The position numbers and the translations under genes were made by a program. Source: Leptolyngbyaceae cyanobacterium (GTDB lineage: Bacteria; Cyanobacteriota; Cyanobacteriia; Phormidesmidales; Phormidesmidaceae). From it: a stretch of 64,000 nt of DNA. This document shows positions 20,053 through 28,863 of the stretch, in pieces. Numbering within the stretch: position 1 is the stretch's first letter; each line of letters starts with the position of its first letter. The stretch is from contig CBDHHL010000032.1 in assembly GCA_965263355.1 (NCBI GenBank), positions 32,001 to 96,000 of the forward strand. The letters are read 5' to 3'. The notes under the pieces are model-generated. The model was not told where the DNA came from. It worked only from the letters and a program-made list of their open reading frames with translations, and did no database searches.

Positions 20053-20676
20053 ATGCCAAGTAATTACCCAGGATTTAGATACGGTGCTGATCGAGAAACC
20101 TTTAGTGCTGCTAAAGTCAAAGCCCTAGAGTCTCTTCTAATCGAAAAAGGAATTATCACCGGGAATACGGTAGATACGATTCTCAGTTATTTTGAAACTG
20201 AGATGGGTCCCTTTAATGGCGCTAAAGTGGTGGCAAAAGCATGGGTTGATCCTGATTTTAAGAAGCTGTTGCTAGAAGACTGTAATGCGGCCTGTGAAGC
20301 CATGGACTTTCCTGAAGGAATGTCGGGGGCAGAGGGGGAACACATGCGCATTGTGGAGAATACGCCCGAGGTGCATAACGTAATCGTGTGTACCCTATGT
20401 TCTTGTTATCCCTGGCCTACATTAGGCTTACCCCCCTACTGGTTTAAGGATCCTACGTTTAGAGCAAGAGTCGTTCGAGAACCTCGCGTTGTTTTGTCTG
20501 AATTTGGCGTAGAGTTAGATGACTCTGTAAAAGTTCTCGTGTGGGATAGCAGTGCTCAGATTCGCTGGTGGGTGTTGCCTATGCGTCCTCCTGGCACAGA
20601 AGCCATGAGTGAGACAGAGCTAGCGAGCTTACTAACACCTGAAGCCATGATGGGCGTTGCTACCGTCTCAGTTTAA
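20053..20676 (+). CDS. nthA: Cobalt-type nitrile hydratase alpha subunit
   Basis: GAKVVAKAWVDP.FK, VCTLCSCYPW (Thr/Tyr indicates Co-type), R.R.VREPR. Confidence 0.95.
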   Translation: MPSNYPGFRYGADRETFSAAKVKALESLLIEKGIITGNTVDTILSYFETEMGPFNGAKVVAKAWVDPDFKKLLLEDCNAACEAMDFPEGMSGAEGEHMRIVENTPEVHNVIVCTLCSCYPWPTLGLPPYWFKDPTFRARVVREPRVVLSEFGVELDDSVKVLVWDSSAQIRWWVLPMRPPGTEAMSETELASLLTPEAMMGVATVSV

Positions 20677-20801
20677 ATGCTAACCCACCCCGTTGCCCCT
20701 CCCAGGAGGGGATGAAGTCTCGGTCTTTGCATTTGAGCACTGCATTAGATTCTCGACTCTTATGTAGCCCAAATGTATTCATTTCCCTCAGGTTCCTTGA
20801 T

Positions 20802-21167
20802 ATGTTTACACAATTCGAACATTTTGCGGCGACTAGCTTAATGGGTTCGCCTGAAGAAGCACCACCCCGGAGCAATGGTCATCTCCAGTTTGATCGTGAC
20901 TGGGAAAAGATGGCCTTTGGTGTGGCCATTGCCCTCTCAAAGCAGGGTTATTATGAGTGGGAAGAATTTCGTCAAACATTGATTGCAACGATTGGTGAGT
21001 GGGAAGCTACCCACGATCTAGACGATCCAGAATGGGATTATTACCAATGTTGGTTAACTGCCCTAGAGAAATTGGTCGTTGCCTCAGGTGTACTCAAAGC
21101 AGGTGAATTGGAATCACAACTATCTCAGTTGTTGAACTGCAAAGCAACGACTGAGATGAAATGCTGA
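20802..21167 (+). CDS. Nitrile hydratase accessory/activator protein (beta-like, P14K/NhlE type)
   Basis: PPRSNG.L.F..DWE..AFG.A, WEEFRQ.LI, YYQCWL.ALE. Confidence 0.88.
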   Translation: MFTQFEHFAATSLMGSPEEAPPRSNGHLQFDRDWEKMAFGVAIALSKQGYYEWEEFRQTLIATIGEWEATHDLDDPEWDYYQCWLTALEKLVVASGVLKAGELESQLSQLLNCKATTEMKC

Positions 21168-21336
21168 TTATTTGACCTTATACCCGTGGACTACCATGAA
21201 ATAGCGATTTTTGATGCTAATTCAACTATTACAGTGAATTACATCAGGCTCGATTAGTTGCCCGTAGTGTTAGTGTCGTATTTCTTTCTTCAGCAGGTTA
21301 AGAGTAATCTCTTCAACAGTTTTCTATCCGTGCTCT

Positions 21337-21369
21337 AAATACCCTGATTTTAGTATCAGGGTATTTTTT
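21337..21369 (+). terminator. Intrinsic terminator of the nitrile hydratase operon
   Basis: Perfect 12-bp stem AAATACCCTGAT/ATCAGGGTATTT, 6-nt loop, T tail. Confidence 0.75.
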
Positions 21370-21390
21370 ATACCAATACTCCGGACAGAA

Positions 21391-21692
21391 TTAGGAGACT
21401 AGAACCCCATAGTCACAAAGACTCGAATAGTTGGGATGTGATTTAATCAAAGTCTCGTCTAAGTCTAAGTTGCGAATAAACCTGTCCATCAGATGTTGAT
21501 TGAGTTTGCGACGTTTGTAGGAGGCCATGGAAAAGACAAAGGGTTCCCACGGTCTCGCTGCTGATACTGTTCCCATTTGGCGATATTCAAAGCGGTTAGC
21601 GAGGCATTGAAATGGAAATCGAGTTTCTGTTCATCCCTGGCTTGGCAGTCCGTTAAGCCGGTGAACTGTTTTGCATCTCTAAAAATAAATTC
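21391..21692 (-). pseudogene. Transposase C-terminal fragment
   Basis: Manual translation EFIFRDAKQFTGLTDCQARDEQKLDFHFNASL..., then FSMASYKRR...YGVLVS* after a frameshift. Confidence 0.85.
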
Positions 21693-21866
21693 AATGTGCC
21701 AGCCATAACACCCCCATAAGAACGAAATCTACTTCGTGCCCAACGATTGGATTAACAGGCCTATTGCGATTAGTAAAGACGATCGCGAAAATGAAAACTC
21801 ATTCCCTGTTGTCAATAGAGGAAGAGCCTTCATGCCAAAGTGTCCTGAGCCCCCCCGTCAATTCGT

Positions 21867-22001
21867 GTGCAACCCAAGCACCTATGGCAAACACTGCCGG
21901 AGCCACAGCGGCAACGGCTAATGAGCATCCTCAGTCAGATGCTAGAGAGTCATCTGAGCGCCTCTGTGGCAAAGGAGGCGAGCAATGAGCCTGAAAACTG
22001 A
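21867..22001 (+). CDS. Small helical accessory protein overlapping the recombinase start (not in ORF track)
   Basis: GTG-start 44 aa VQPKHLWQTLPEPQRQRLMSILSQMLESHLSASVAKEASNEPEN*; amphipathic; true start may be ATG 21832 across a C7 run. Confidence 0.45.
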   Translation: MQPKHLWQTLPEPQRQRLMSILSQMLESHLSASVAKEASNEPEN

Positions 22002-24141
22002 ACTCAGCTGGGTTTCCGAAAAGCTTCAAGCGCATCACCTAGAGCGATTGGCTATCGTGTACGTACGCCAGTCCACCTTGCAACAAGTGCTAGACCATCA
22101 AGAATCGACGCGAATTCAGTACAGCTTGGTAGATCGTGCCCAAGCGCTGGGCTGGCAACCAGGCCGCATTCTGACGATAGATGAAGACTTGGGTAAGTCG
22201 GGTAGCAGCGCCGAAGGCCGTTTAGGCTTTCAGCGTCTGGTCACTGAAGTCGGTCTCAACCATGTGGGCCTGATATTAGGTGTAGAAATGTCCCGTCTGG
22301 CTCGCTGCTCTAAAGATTGGCATCAATTGCTGGAAATCTGTGCACTGTTCGGTACGCTAATAGCAGACCTCGATGGCATTTATGACCCCAGCGGGTATAA
22401 CGACCGCTTACTGTTGGGCTTAAAAGGCACCATGAGCGAAGCCGAACTCCATATCCTCAAACAGCGCATGGTTCAAGGGAAGCGCAACAAAGCCAAGCGA
22501 GGCGAACTAGGCTTCAGCGTCCCGATAGGCTATGTTCGTCGCCCCTCGGGAGAGATTCGCTTTGACCCAGACGAACAGGCCCAACAAGTGGTCAAGCTCA
22601 TCTTTCGTAAGTTTGAGGAGCTAGGTACGCTGAACGCGGTACTGCGCTATCTTGTTAGCAATCACATCCAAGTCGGTGTCAGGGTTCTATCGGGTCTTAA
22701 CAAAGGAGATTTAGAGTGGCGCAGGCCGAATCGGCCCACCTTACAGAATCTGCTGAGAAGCCCAGTCTATGCAGGTGCTTACGCTTATGGCCGCAAGCAG
22801 ATGGATGCGAGACGAAAAAAGGTTGAACACCCTCATGGCGGCTTAGTCGTGAAACCAATGGACGAGTGGCTCGTGTTGATTAAAGACCATCATCCTGCTT
22901 ACATTTCCTGGGCGCAATATGAACAACATCTGGCCCAACTCAAATCGAATCGAGCCAGAGCTGATGAATGTGGCCATGCCCGCTCAGGCGCAGCTTTGTT
23001 ATCAGGGCTGCTGACCTGCGGTCGCTGTGGCGCTCGCATGACGGTTCGCTACCATCGAGGGCCAGCCTCTCATTGCTATGTCTGCAACCGTGAGATGGCA
23101 GACTATGGTGGAGAACTTTGTCAGCAGTTGGCAGGGGTGTGTTTAGATGAATCTGTCACCGAACAAGTTCTACGAGCATTAAAACCAGCGGCATTGGAGC
23201 TATCGTTAACGGCTGCAACCCACATCGAACAAGACCGTGCCGAATTAGACAAGTTATGGCATCAGCGATTAGAACGTGCCCGTTTTGAGTCAGAGCGTGC
23301 TGGTCGGCATTATCATCTTATAGAGCCCGAAAATCGTCTCGTTGCTAGGCAACTAGCTCAGGAATGGGAGCATGCCTTACAAGCAGAGCAACAGCTCAAA
23401 GAAGAGTATAAGAGATTCTCTCATGAACAACCTAGGCAGCTCACAGATGAAGAAAAGAAACAGATTCGTCAACTCTCAGAATGCCTGCCTAACTTGTGGT
23501 TTGCTGAAACAACGACCCATGCACAGCGAAAAGAAATTGTTCGTCAAATAATTCAGAAGATTGTTGTAAATATTGAAGGTGAAAGTGAACAAGTTCAGGT
23601 TAGTATTGAGTGGAGTGGTGGTTTTATTGGAAAAGCGAGTGTCATTCGCCCCGTGGCCAAATGGACTCAGCTAAGCAACTACTCACAACTTTGTGAGCGC
23701 CTTAGACAAATGGCCGAAGCACAGTTAAGCACTGATGAAATGATTGCGCGACTCCACCAAGAAGGCTTTCATCCACCGAAGCGTCGCAAAACGTTCAACC
23801 GAGAGATTTTGCGGTCATTAATGCGGCGACTCGGACTCGGTACTCGCCGTAGCCCAAAATCTAGAAAACCCTTGGCTACGCATGAGTGGTGGTTGCCTGA
23901 TTTAGCGCTGGCTTTAGAGATGCCGGAGGTAACCCTTTATAATTGGGTGCAACGAGGCTGGGTCAATGGACGACAACTGCCTGAACCACCTAAACACTGG
24001 GTGATCTGGGCGGATGAAGCCGAGCTAGGACGACTCCGTGCCCATCGAGCACGCCCTGTCGGTGACGTGCGACGACAGCTGTGGCAGGGAGAAGTGCTTG
24101 ACATCACTGTTCCGCCTACAATACCCCAAACCAATGAGTGA
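21985..24141 (+). CDS. Large serine recombinase (resolvase, recombinase, Zn-ribbon/coiled-coil, C-terminal HTH)
   Basis: IVYVRQST catalytic Ser, DEDLGKSGS, SRLAR, PIGY, LLSGLLTCGRCG...YVC...C, C-terminal LA..LEMPEVTLYNWV.RG; aaggagg RBS. Confidence 0.95.
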   Translation: MSLKTELSWVSEKLQAHHLERLAIVYVRQSTLQQVLDHQESTRIQYSLVDRAQALGWQPGRILTIDEDLGKSGSSAEGRLGFQRLVTEVGLNHVGLILGVEMSRLARCSKDWHQLLEICALFGTLIADLDGIYDPSGYNDRLLLGLKGTMSEAELHILKQRMVQGKRNKAKRGELGFSVPIGYVRRPSGEIRFDPDEQAQQVVKLIFRKFEELGTLNAVLRYLVSNHIQVGVRVLSGLNKGDLEWRRPNRPTLQNLLRSPVYAGAYAYGRKQMDARRKKVEHPHGGLVVKPMDEWLVLIKDHHPAYISWAQYEQHLAQLKSNRARADECGHARSGAALLSGLLTCGRCGARMTVRYHRGPASHCYVCNREMADYGGELCQQLAGVCLDESVTEQVLRALKPAALELSLTAATHIEQDRAELDKLWHQRLERARFESERAGRHYHLIEPENRLVARQLAQEWEHALQAEQQLKEEYKRFSHEQPRQLTDEEKKQIRQLSECLPNLWFAETTTHAQRKEIVRQIIQKIVVNIEGESEQVQVSIEWSGGFIGKASVIRPVAKWTQLSNYSQLCERLRQMAEAQLSTDEMIARLHQEGFHPPKRRKTFNREILRSLMRRLGLGTRRSPKSRKPLATHEWWLPDLALALEMPEVTLYNWVQRGWVNGRQLPEPPKHWVIWADEAELGRLRAHRARPVGDVRRQLWQGEVLDITVPPTIPQTNE

Positions 24142-24253
24142 CAACTATTTGAATCGTCTGTAGGAGAAGATATATGCTCAAAAAACAGCCTCTGGAAAAC
24201 CTACCTCGGCAGAATCAACTAAATGCCTATGGGGGTAATGAGGCTGGCACATC

Positions 24254-25166
24254 TCGATTTGGAAGCGCGCTCGGTACGCCTCGACTAGTTGCATCGGGTC
24301 GAGGTCAATATCGGTGGAGAATAGCAATGCATAGCATAGCCGTTCGGGATGCTTGCGATTGAGCAGATACACCACTCGAATCTTGTGCTTGAGGTAAACG
24401 GACCAGACCACAGCTGTGTAGAGTTCGGTTTCGGGGTCGACCTCACCGAGTGCTGCCAGCGAGTGAGGTCAGTCAAATCAACCTTACCGTCATATTTACG
24501 GCGCGCGCCACGAGGCTTTTGCGGACCGTCATAGAGATAGTTCAAGTTGGCATCGCAACGGAGCTTACCAATCGTGTCTAGCCCCAACTCAACCACACCA
24601 TTCACCCACTTTTGCTTGCTGTAGAAGCCATCCCCCACCAAGTATCGAACGGCTGCTGGGAAGGTATCTCGGGTAGCCTGCAAGTGGTCTAGATAGTCAT
24701 CAACCCGTGTGTCCGGTCTGTGTCCACTTCATCGACGGGCTCAAGTGACGGTGGGGTCTGTTGCACCGATAGCGTGTAGCCAATGAGTTGTTCGACGTCT
24801 ACCACCGCGATCATCGAGATCTCTAACCCCCGTTCGGTCCGACTGGCTTTGCCATTGTAGAAACGGTCTACGCCGTAGGTGGCTTTCCCACTTTTGGGCA
24901 CAAACGACGCATCCACCACCCCCACCTGGAAATGGGTTGGCACAATGGCGGCCTCAATCACGACTTGAGTGAAGCTCATGAATTCATAAGGCTGCTCAAA
25001 GTGACGACGATAGGTCCGCTCCGACAGGTCGCTATAACGACTCAGATTGGTGAAGTTTACCTTGCCACACATCACATAGATGGTCGTAAACAGGGTGATT
25101 AAAAACTGGCGACGAGGTTTGCTAAATGGCCCACTTTACGCAGTAGACCCGGTATCATGCATAGCA
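24254..25166 (-). pseudogene. DDE transposase N-terminal part, with several frameshifts/stop
   Basis: VNFTNLSRYS, VDASF.PKSGK.TYG, GLEIS, VGDGFYSK, KLRCDANL, LFSTD, YRARFQIE spread over several frames. Confidence 0.88.
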
Positions 25167-25467
25167 TAGCTATTCAGGTTGGTTTGTCTGTTAACAAAAC
25201 CTTAGAGCCTGGATAGCTTTTCTGTCTATTTCTCTCGCTTTTCTGTCCGGACTATTGTTATACAAGATACATATCTCTGCGTCGTCTTCAATACATTCGT
25301 TGCTCTAATAAAGGCCTGACATTTCTTAAGCTTGTATTGCTTGTCGGGTAAAATCATTAACTGCTCTGGTATACTAATCTCAAGAAAGAAATAATGTTTT
25401 TAGTGATTGAGATATCTGAAATGCTGCATTATCTTATGATTATGTAAATAATGCTACTTTCTTCTCA

Positions 25468-26535
25468 TTGTTTTGTCCCTTCTTCCCGATGGTAAAGCTA
25501 GTCGTTACTCAAATGCACAAAATTCTTATTTCTCATTCCATTGATCCATACACTATTCATGATCTAGGGTTACGCCAAATAGACTATCCGGCAAATGAGA
25601 AATTTACTGGTGTAAATGAGCAGACATTTTATGCCTCTAACTCTTTTGAAGAGTTGCTTTACATGCCGAGCATAGCTGCAAAACAACGTCCTCAGGAGGA
25701 GTGCGATCCAACCCTCGAGGTGCTTCGACGCGTACTGATAACATTTCAGCCTGATGTTCTGATTGTGGGTAATAATGCTGTGCCTGGTAGGGCAATTCGT
25801 GCCTGGCGACAGGCTGTTGGTCCTAGCCGTGATTTACTTATTATTCGGCGAGGCGTTGATAAACGTGCAATTGATTGTAAAGTAGCGGCTGAGGAATCGG
25901 TGAGAGTTGGTAATTTGCCAGGGATCAATTCTCCTTTTGTTGCTAAATTTCAAGTCGAATGGTTGAAGCTCAGTGAAGATCGAGCCAACAGTAAGATAGC
26001 GATCATTGGCGTTGGCAACATTGGTAAAAATATTGCCTTAAGGGCTTTAGATTTTGGTCTTGATGTTCATCTTTTTAGTCCATCTTTACAGGATATAGAA
26101 AAGCGAGATCGTACATTAAGAGAACGCTCAATTCCACCTGATCTTGTAACCTGTGCAACTTCGTTGGAAGCAGCGTTTGAGAATGCTAAGTACATTGCTA
26201 TTTCTGTGCCCTGGCTTGATAGTTATGGTAATCCTCATAGGGGACTTTTGACTCGAGATTATGTTGAAAACGTTCAAAATAACGCCAAGATTAGCTCTGT
26301 CTCCCCCCCGCGAATGTTTTCCGATCAAGCTCTGGCTTGGATGAATCGACAAGTTAAGCAGGGCCATCTTGCTGTTCGAATTGATTCAGCCAAGCGTCTT
26401 GTTAAAGAAATCAGTTCTGATTACTCCCACCTCGAATTAGGTCATGATGTAGCATTTGCTGATAGTGCTTGTCAGCAAGCTCTTGATAGGGCTATGTTGA
26501 ACCAAGCTAGAGATTTTGCTGCGGTGCCAGTATAA
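25468..26535 (+). CDS. Divergent D-isomer-specific 2-hydroxyacid dehydrogenase-like NAD(P)-binding protein; start uncertain
   Basis: RRGVD..AID...V.NLPGINS..VA and Rossmann IAIIGVGNIG. Confidence 0.6.
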   Translation: MFCPFFPMVKLVVTQMHKILISHSIDPYTIHDLGLRQIDYPANEKFTGVNEQTFYASNSFEELLYMPSIAAKQRPQEECDPTLEVLRRVLITFQPDVLIVGNNAVPGRAIRAWRQAVGPSRDLLIIRRGVDKRAIDCKVAAEESVRVGNLPGINSPFVAKFQVEWLKLSEDRANSKIAIIGVGNIGKNIALRALDFGLDVHLFSPSLQDIEKRDRTLRERSIPPDLVTCATSLEAAFENAKYIAISVPWLDSYGNPHRGLLTRDYVENVQNNAKISSVSPPRMFSDQALAWMNRQVKQGHLAVRIDSAKRLVKEISSDYSHLELGHDVAFADSACQQALDRAMLNQARDFAAVPV

Positions 26536-26579
26536 TTTCCTTGAAATTGGAAAACCTGGGCACCTCGTTTTAGGGGTGC

Positions 26580-27482
26580 TTGATTTTCAATTTTTTTATG
26601 GCTTACAATTGTACTGATGCACACGGAGTCATTGAAGACACCATGCTACTACTACTGTTGATACTGTCAAGCATTTTTGGATGGTTTGTCAGTATGATTG
26701 TTGGTGGGGGAAGCTCTCTTATTCTGATGCCAGCTATAGGTATTTTATTGGGGGCTTCAGCTATACCCCCAGTGATTACTATTGGCGGTATTTTTGGCAA
26801 TGCAGAGCGCACTTACTCCTATTGGAGCAACATAAACAGGCAAATTCTATGGTGGGAACTTCCTGGTGCTTTAGTTGGGGCAATCTTAGGGTCTTTTGTT
26901 CTTAGTACGCTAGATCTAGAATGGGTAGTTGTCATTGTTGCAGTTTTTTTAATAGGTTCTGCCCTCAGTTCCTTCTTACAGAAAAGTGAGCAATCTTTTA
27001 CAGTAAAGCTTTGGTATTTTCTGGTAGGCGGTTTTGTCTATGCTTTCCTGTCAGGGTTAATTGGTAGCATGGGGCCCATCATTGCTCCTTTTTATATCAA
27101 TTATGGTCTTAAAAAAGAGGAATTATTAGGAACTCAAGCATTTGTTCGTTGTTTTGTTCATTCTGTCAAACTTGTGGCTTATTTTGCCTTTGGCACCTTA
27201 CAACTACCCTATGTTGGTTATGGTATTGCAATTGGCCTCGCTTCTTTCCCAGGTAATTTTCTTGGGGGATTGGTGTTGGAGAAAATTAGTGAAAAATTAT
27301 TTAGGCAGCTTGTATTTACCTTCGTGATGTTCAGTGGCTTTTGGCTCCTATGGGAACATCACGACTTGTTTGCTTTTAATGTTCTACAGGGTAAGAGTTT
27401 ACCATTCTGGTTCTGGTTTTTTCAGGATGAACAAAGTGTAGGTGTTTTGCACTTAATATCTAATCTACCGTCCGCTTGCTAA
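26580..27482 (+). CDS. TauE/SafE (sulfite exporter) family membrane protein; start likely near 26643
   Basis: GGGSSLILMP, SGLIGSMGP repeats, about 8 TM helices. Confidence 0.85.
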   Translation: MIFNFFMAYNCTDAHGVIEDTMLLLLLILSSIFGWFVSMIVGGGSSLILMPAIGILLGASAIPPVITIGGIFGNAERTYSYWSNINRQILWWELPGALVGAILGSFVLSTLDLEWVVVIVAVFLIGSALSSFLQKSEQSFTVKLWYFLVGGFVYAFLSGLIGSMGPIIAPFYINYGLKKEELLGTQAFVRCFVHSVKLVAYFAFGTLQLPYVGYGIAIGLASFPGNFLGGLVLEKISEKLFRQLVFTFVMFSGFWLLWEHHDLFAFNVLQGKSLPFWFWFFQDEQSVGVLHLISNLPSAC

Positions 27483-27582
27483 AAATAAAGTTCCCAGATT
27501 GAAAAAGAGAGAAGGTAAGGGGATATTTTATTTACCTGCGGGCCCCTTAAAACAGTAGGATCTGTCAAAATTCTTTGGAGTG

Positions 27583-28284
27583 CTAATTTGCAAATAACCT
27601 TTGTGTCAGGGCAGAATGAGTCATTTGGGCAATATCAATAAATGGAGTGCAGGACCACATATCGTCAAGGTCCATAGAAATCGGTTTTTGGGCAATGGTT
27701 TCAAGCTGAGGGACCATCTCTTTTAGCAAAATTTGAGCATTGATATGGCCAATAAGACCCAATCTTAAGGCAGCTCCACATAATCCAGTGAGAAAACTAT
27801 GCAGAAAAGCAAAGACCGTATTGTGTTCGTCCAATCCTATAGATTGTCCCACCACCCCAAAAATTATCGGATGTAAACCATGCATTTTATCTGTCTGAAT
27901 GCATGTGTGAATTGCATCCAGTTTGGGGTTGCTCCATGTAGAGCGGGCAACCATTAAGAGGGCTCGACCGCTTTTGCATTGGCTTTCTCGATTTGTTTGT
28001 AACAGAGTTTGGGCCAACAATCGTGCATCGATCGCTTGAATTTTTTGATCATCATTGCAGGTACTGGCCGCATGGGACTGGCGCAGTGCGACTAAATCCA
28101 TTGAACCGATTTTATTATGGAGAATTAACTCTAAATAATTGCGTAAATCTTGGGTAGAACGAATTTGTTGAGATTGGATCAGGCTTTCTAAACCGTGGGA
28201 TAAGGTAAAACTACCGCTTGGGAAAAATGAATCAGATAGTTGCATTAGAGACCATCGCTGGTCTGAAAGCAGAGAAGTATTCAT
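27583..28284 (-). CDS. ureF: Urease accessory protein UreF
   Basis: LSDSFFPSGSFTLSHGLE; C-terminal H....RLFAN. Confidence 0.92.
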   Translation of the reverse strand: MNTSLLSDQRWSLMQLSDSFFPSGSFTLSHGLESLIQSQQIRSTQDLRNYLELILHNKIGSMDLVALRQSHAASTCNDDQKIQAIDARLLAQTLLQTNRESQCKSGRALLMVARSTWSNPKLDAIHTCIQTDKMHGLHPIIFGVVGQSIGLDEHNTVFAFLHSFLTGLCGAALRLGLIGHINAQILLKEMVPQLETIAQKPISMDLDDMWSCTPFIDIAQMTHSALTQRLFAN

Positions 28285-28333
28285 AGGGAGAATTTCCACA
28301 AAATATTGCTTAGGAGCATTGTATGCAATGCCC

Positions 28334-28852
28334 CTAAGCGTGTTGGTGATATGTAAACGTTAGCGTTTGGTCGTGAGATCGCATTTCATATCCAATCTTC
28401 AACCCTGCAATGTCGAAGGACCTAATAACAGATTCGAGGGTGGCAACATTTTCACTGATTTGGATATAGATCTTATCGTCAGTGACCAAAATAGGATAAT
28501 GATGATTGCCCAAGGTATGACCAAGATGGATCAGTTTAAAAACATCAACCGAATGGTGGGCATCAAAACTTAAGGTCATCAACGATTGAGACTTGAAATG
28601 GATTAATAGGAATCTATCATTCTCAAGTTGAAACACATCCCCATCAGTTAATTGCTTATCTCGTTGTTTCAACAGTCCAATGGCATTACCAGCATTAGTT
28701 TTGGTATAAATTCGGCTTTTCTTTTGATCAGTCTGGGTCAACTCAACCTCCATTAATCGATGGTTGGACCTTGCTCTCTCCAAGTTATGTTGTAGTTTCG
28801 GCATAGCAAAATAGTTGCCGAGATAATTTTGAATGCAGTCAACGCTTATCAT
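28334..28852 (-). CDS. ureE: Urease accessory protein UreE
   Basis: KSR....T..G, L.DGD, LGH.LGNHH; short His tail. Confidence 0.85.
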   Translation of the reverse strand: MISVDCIQNYLGNYFAMPKLQHNLERARSNHRLMEVELTQTDQKKSRIYTKTNAGNAIGLLKQRDKQLTDGDVFQLENDRFLLIHFKSQSLMTLSFDAHHSVDVFKLIHLGHTLGNHHYPILVTDDKIYIQISENVATLESVIRSFDIAGLKIGYEMRSHDQTLTFTYHQHA

Positions 28853-28863
28853 CTCTCTATTGC

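Larger units (their letters stand above)
21691..24255 (+). mobile_element. Minimal large-serine-recombinase integrative element (attL about 21665-21720, attR about 24226-24280, TC core)
   Basis: Inverted ends TGTGCCAGCC-ATAAC-ACCCCCATA and TGTGCCAGCC-TCATT-ACCCCCATA; shared TC at 21691-92 and 24254-55; removal restores the transposase FQIEFIFRD. Confidence 0.88.
21374..25257 (-). mobile_element. Insertion sequence (IS4/IS701-like DDE; 1321 bp net of the nested element)
   Basis: TIRs CAATACTCCGGACAGAA (21374-21390) and CAATAGTCCGGACAGAA (reverse complement of 25241-25257), 16/17 identical; flanking direct repeat TTATAC at 21368-21373 and 25258-25263. Confidence 0.9.

Noticed and set aside
19282..21167. 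Thiocyanate hydrolase or NHLP RiPP precursor call
   Set aside because: Beta subunit is a single chain and alpha retains the full CTLCSC metal site; thiocyanate activity is not excluded but the architecture is NHase.
16404..24255. xisH/xisI plus recombinase as one fdxN-like heterocyst excision element
   Set aside because: The recombinase has its own tight boundaries inside the IS; xisHI are decayed and lie outside them.
21689..24257. TGT...ACA ends as a Tn7/Mu/IS21-type DDE transposon with target duplication
   Set aside because: Flanks ATTCAA and TCTCGA are not duplicates, no DDE gene is inside, and a 2-bp core crossover explains both junctions exactly.
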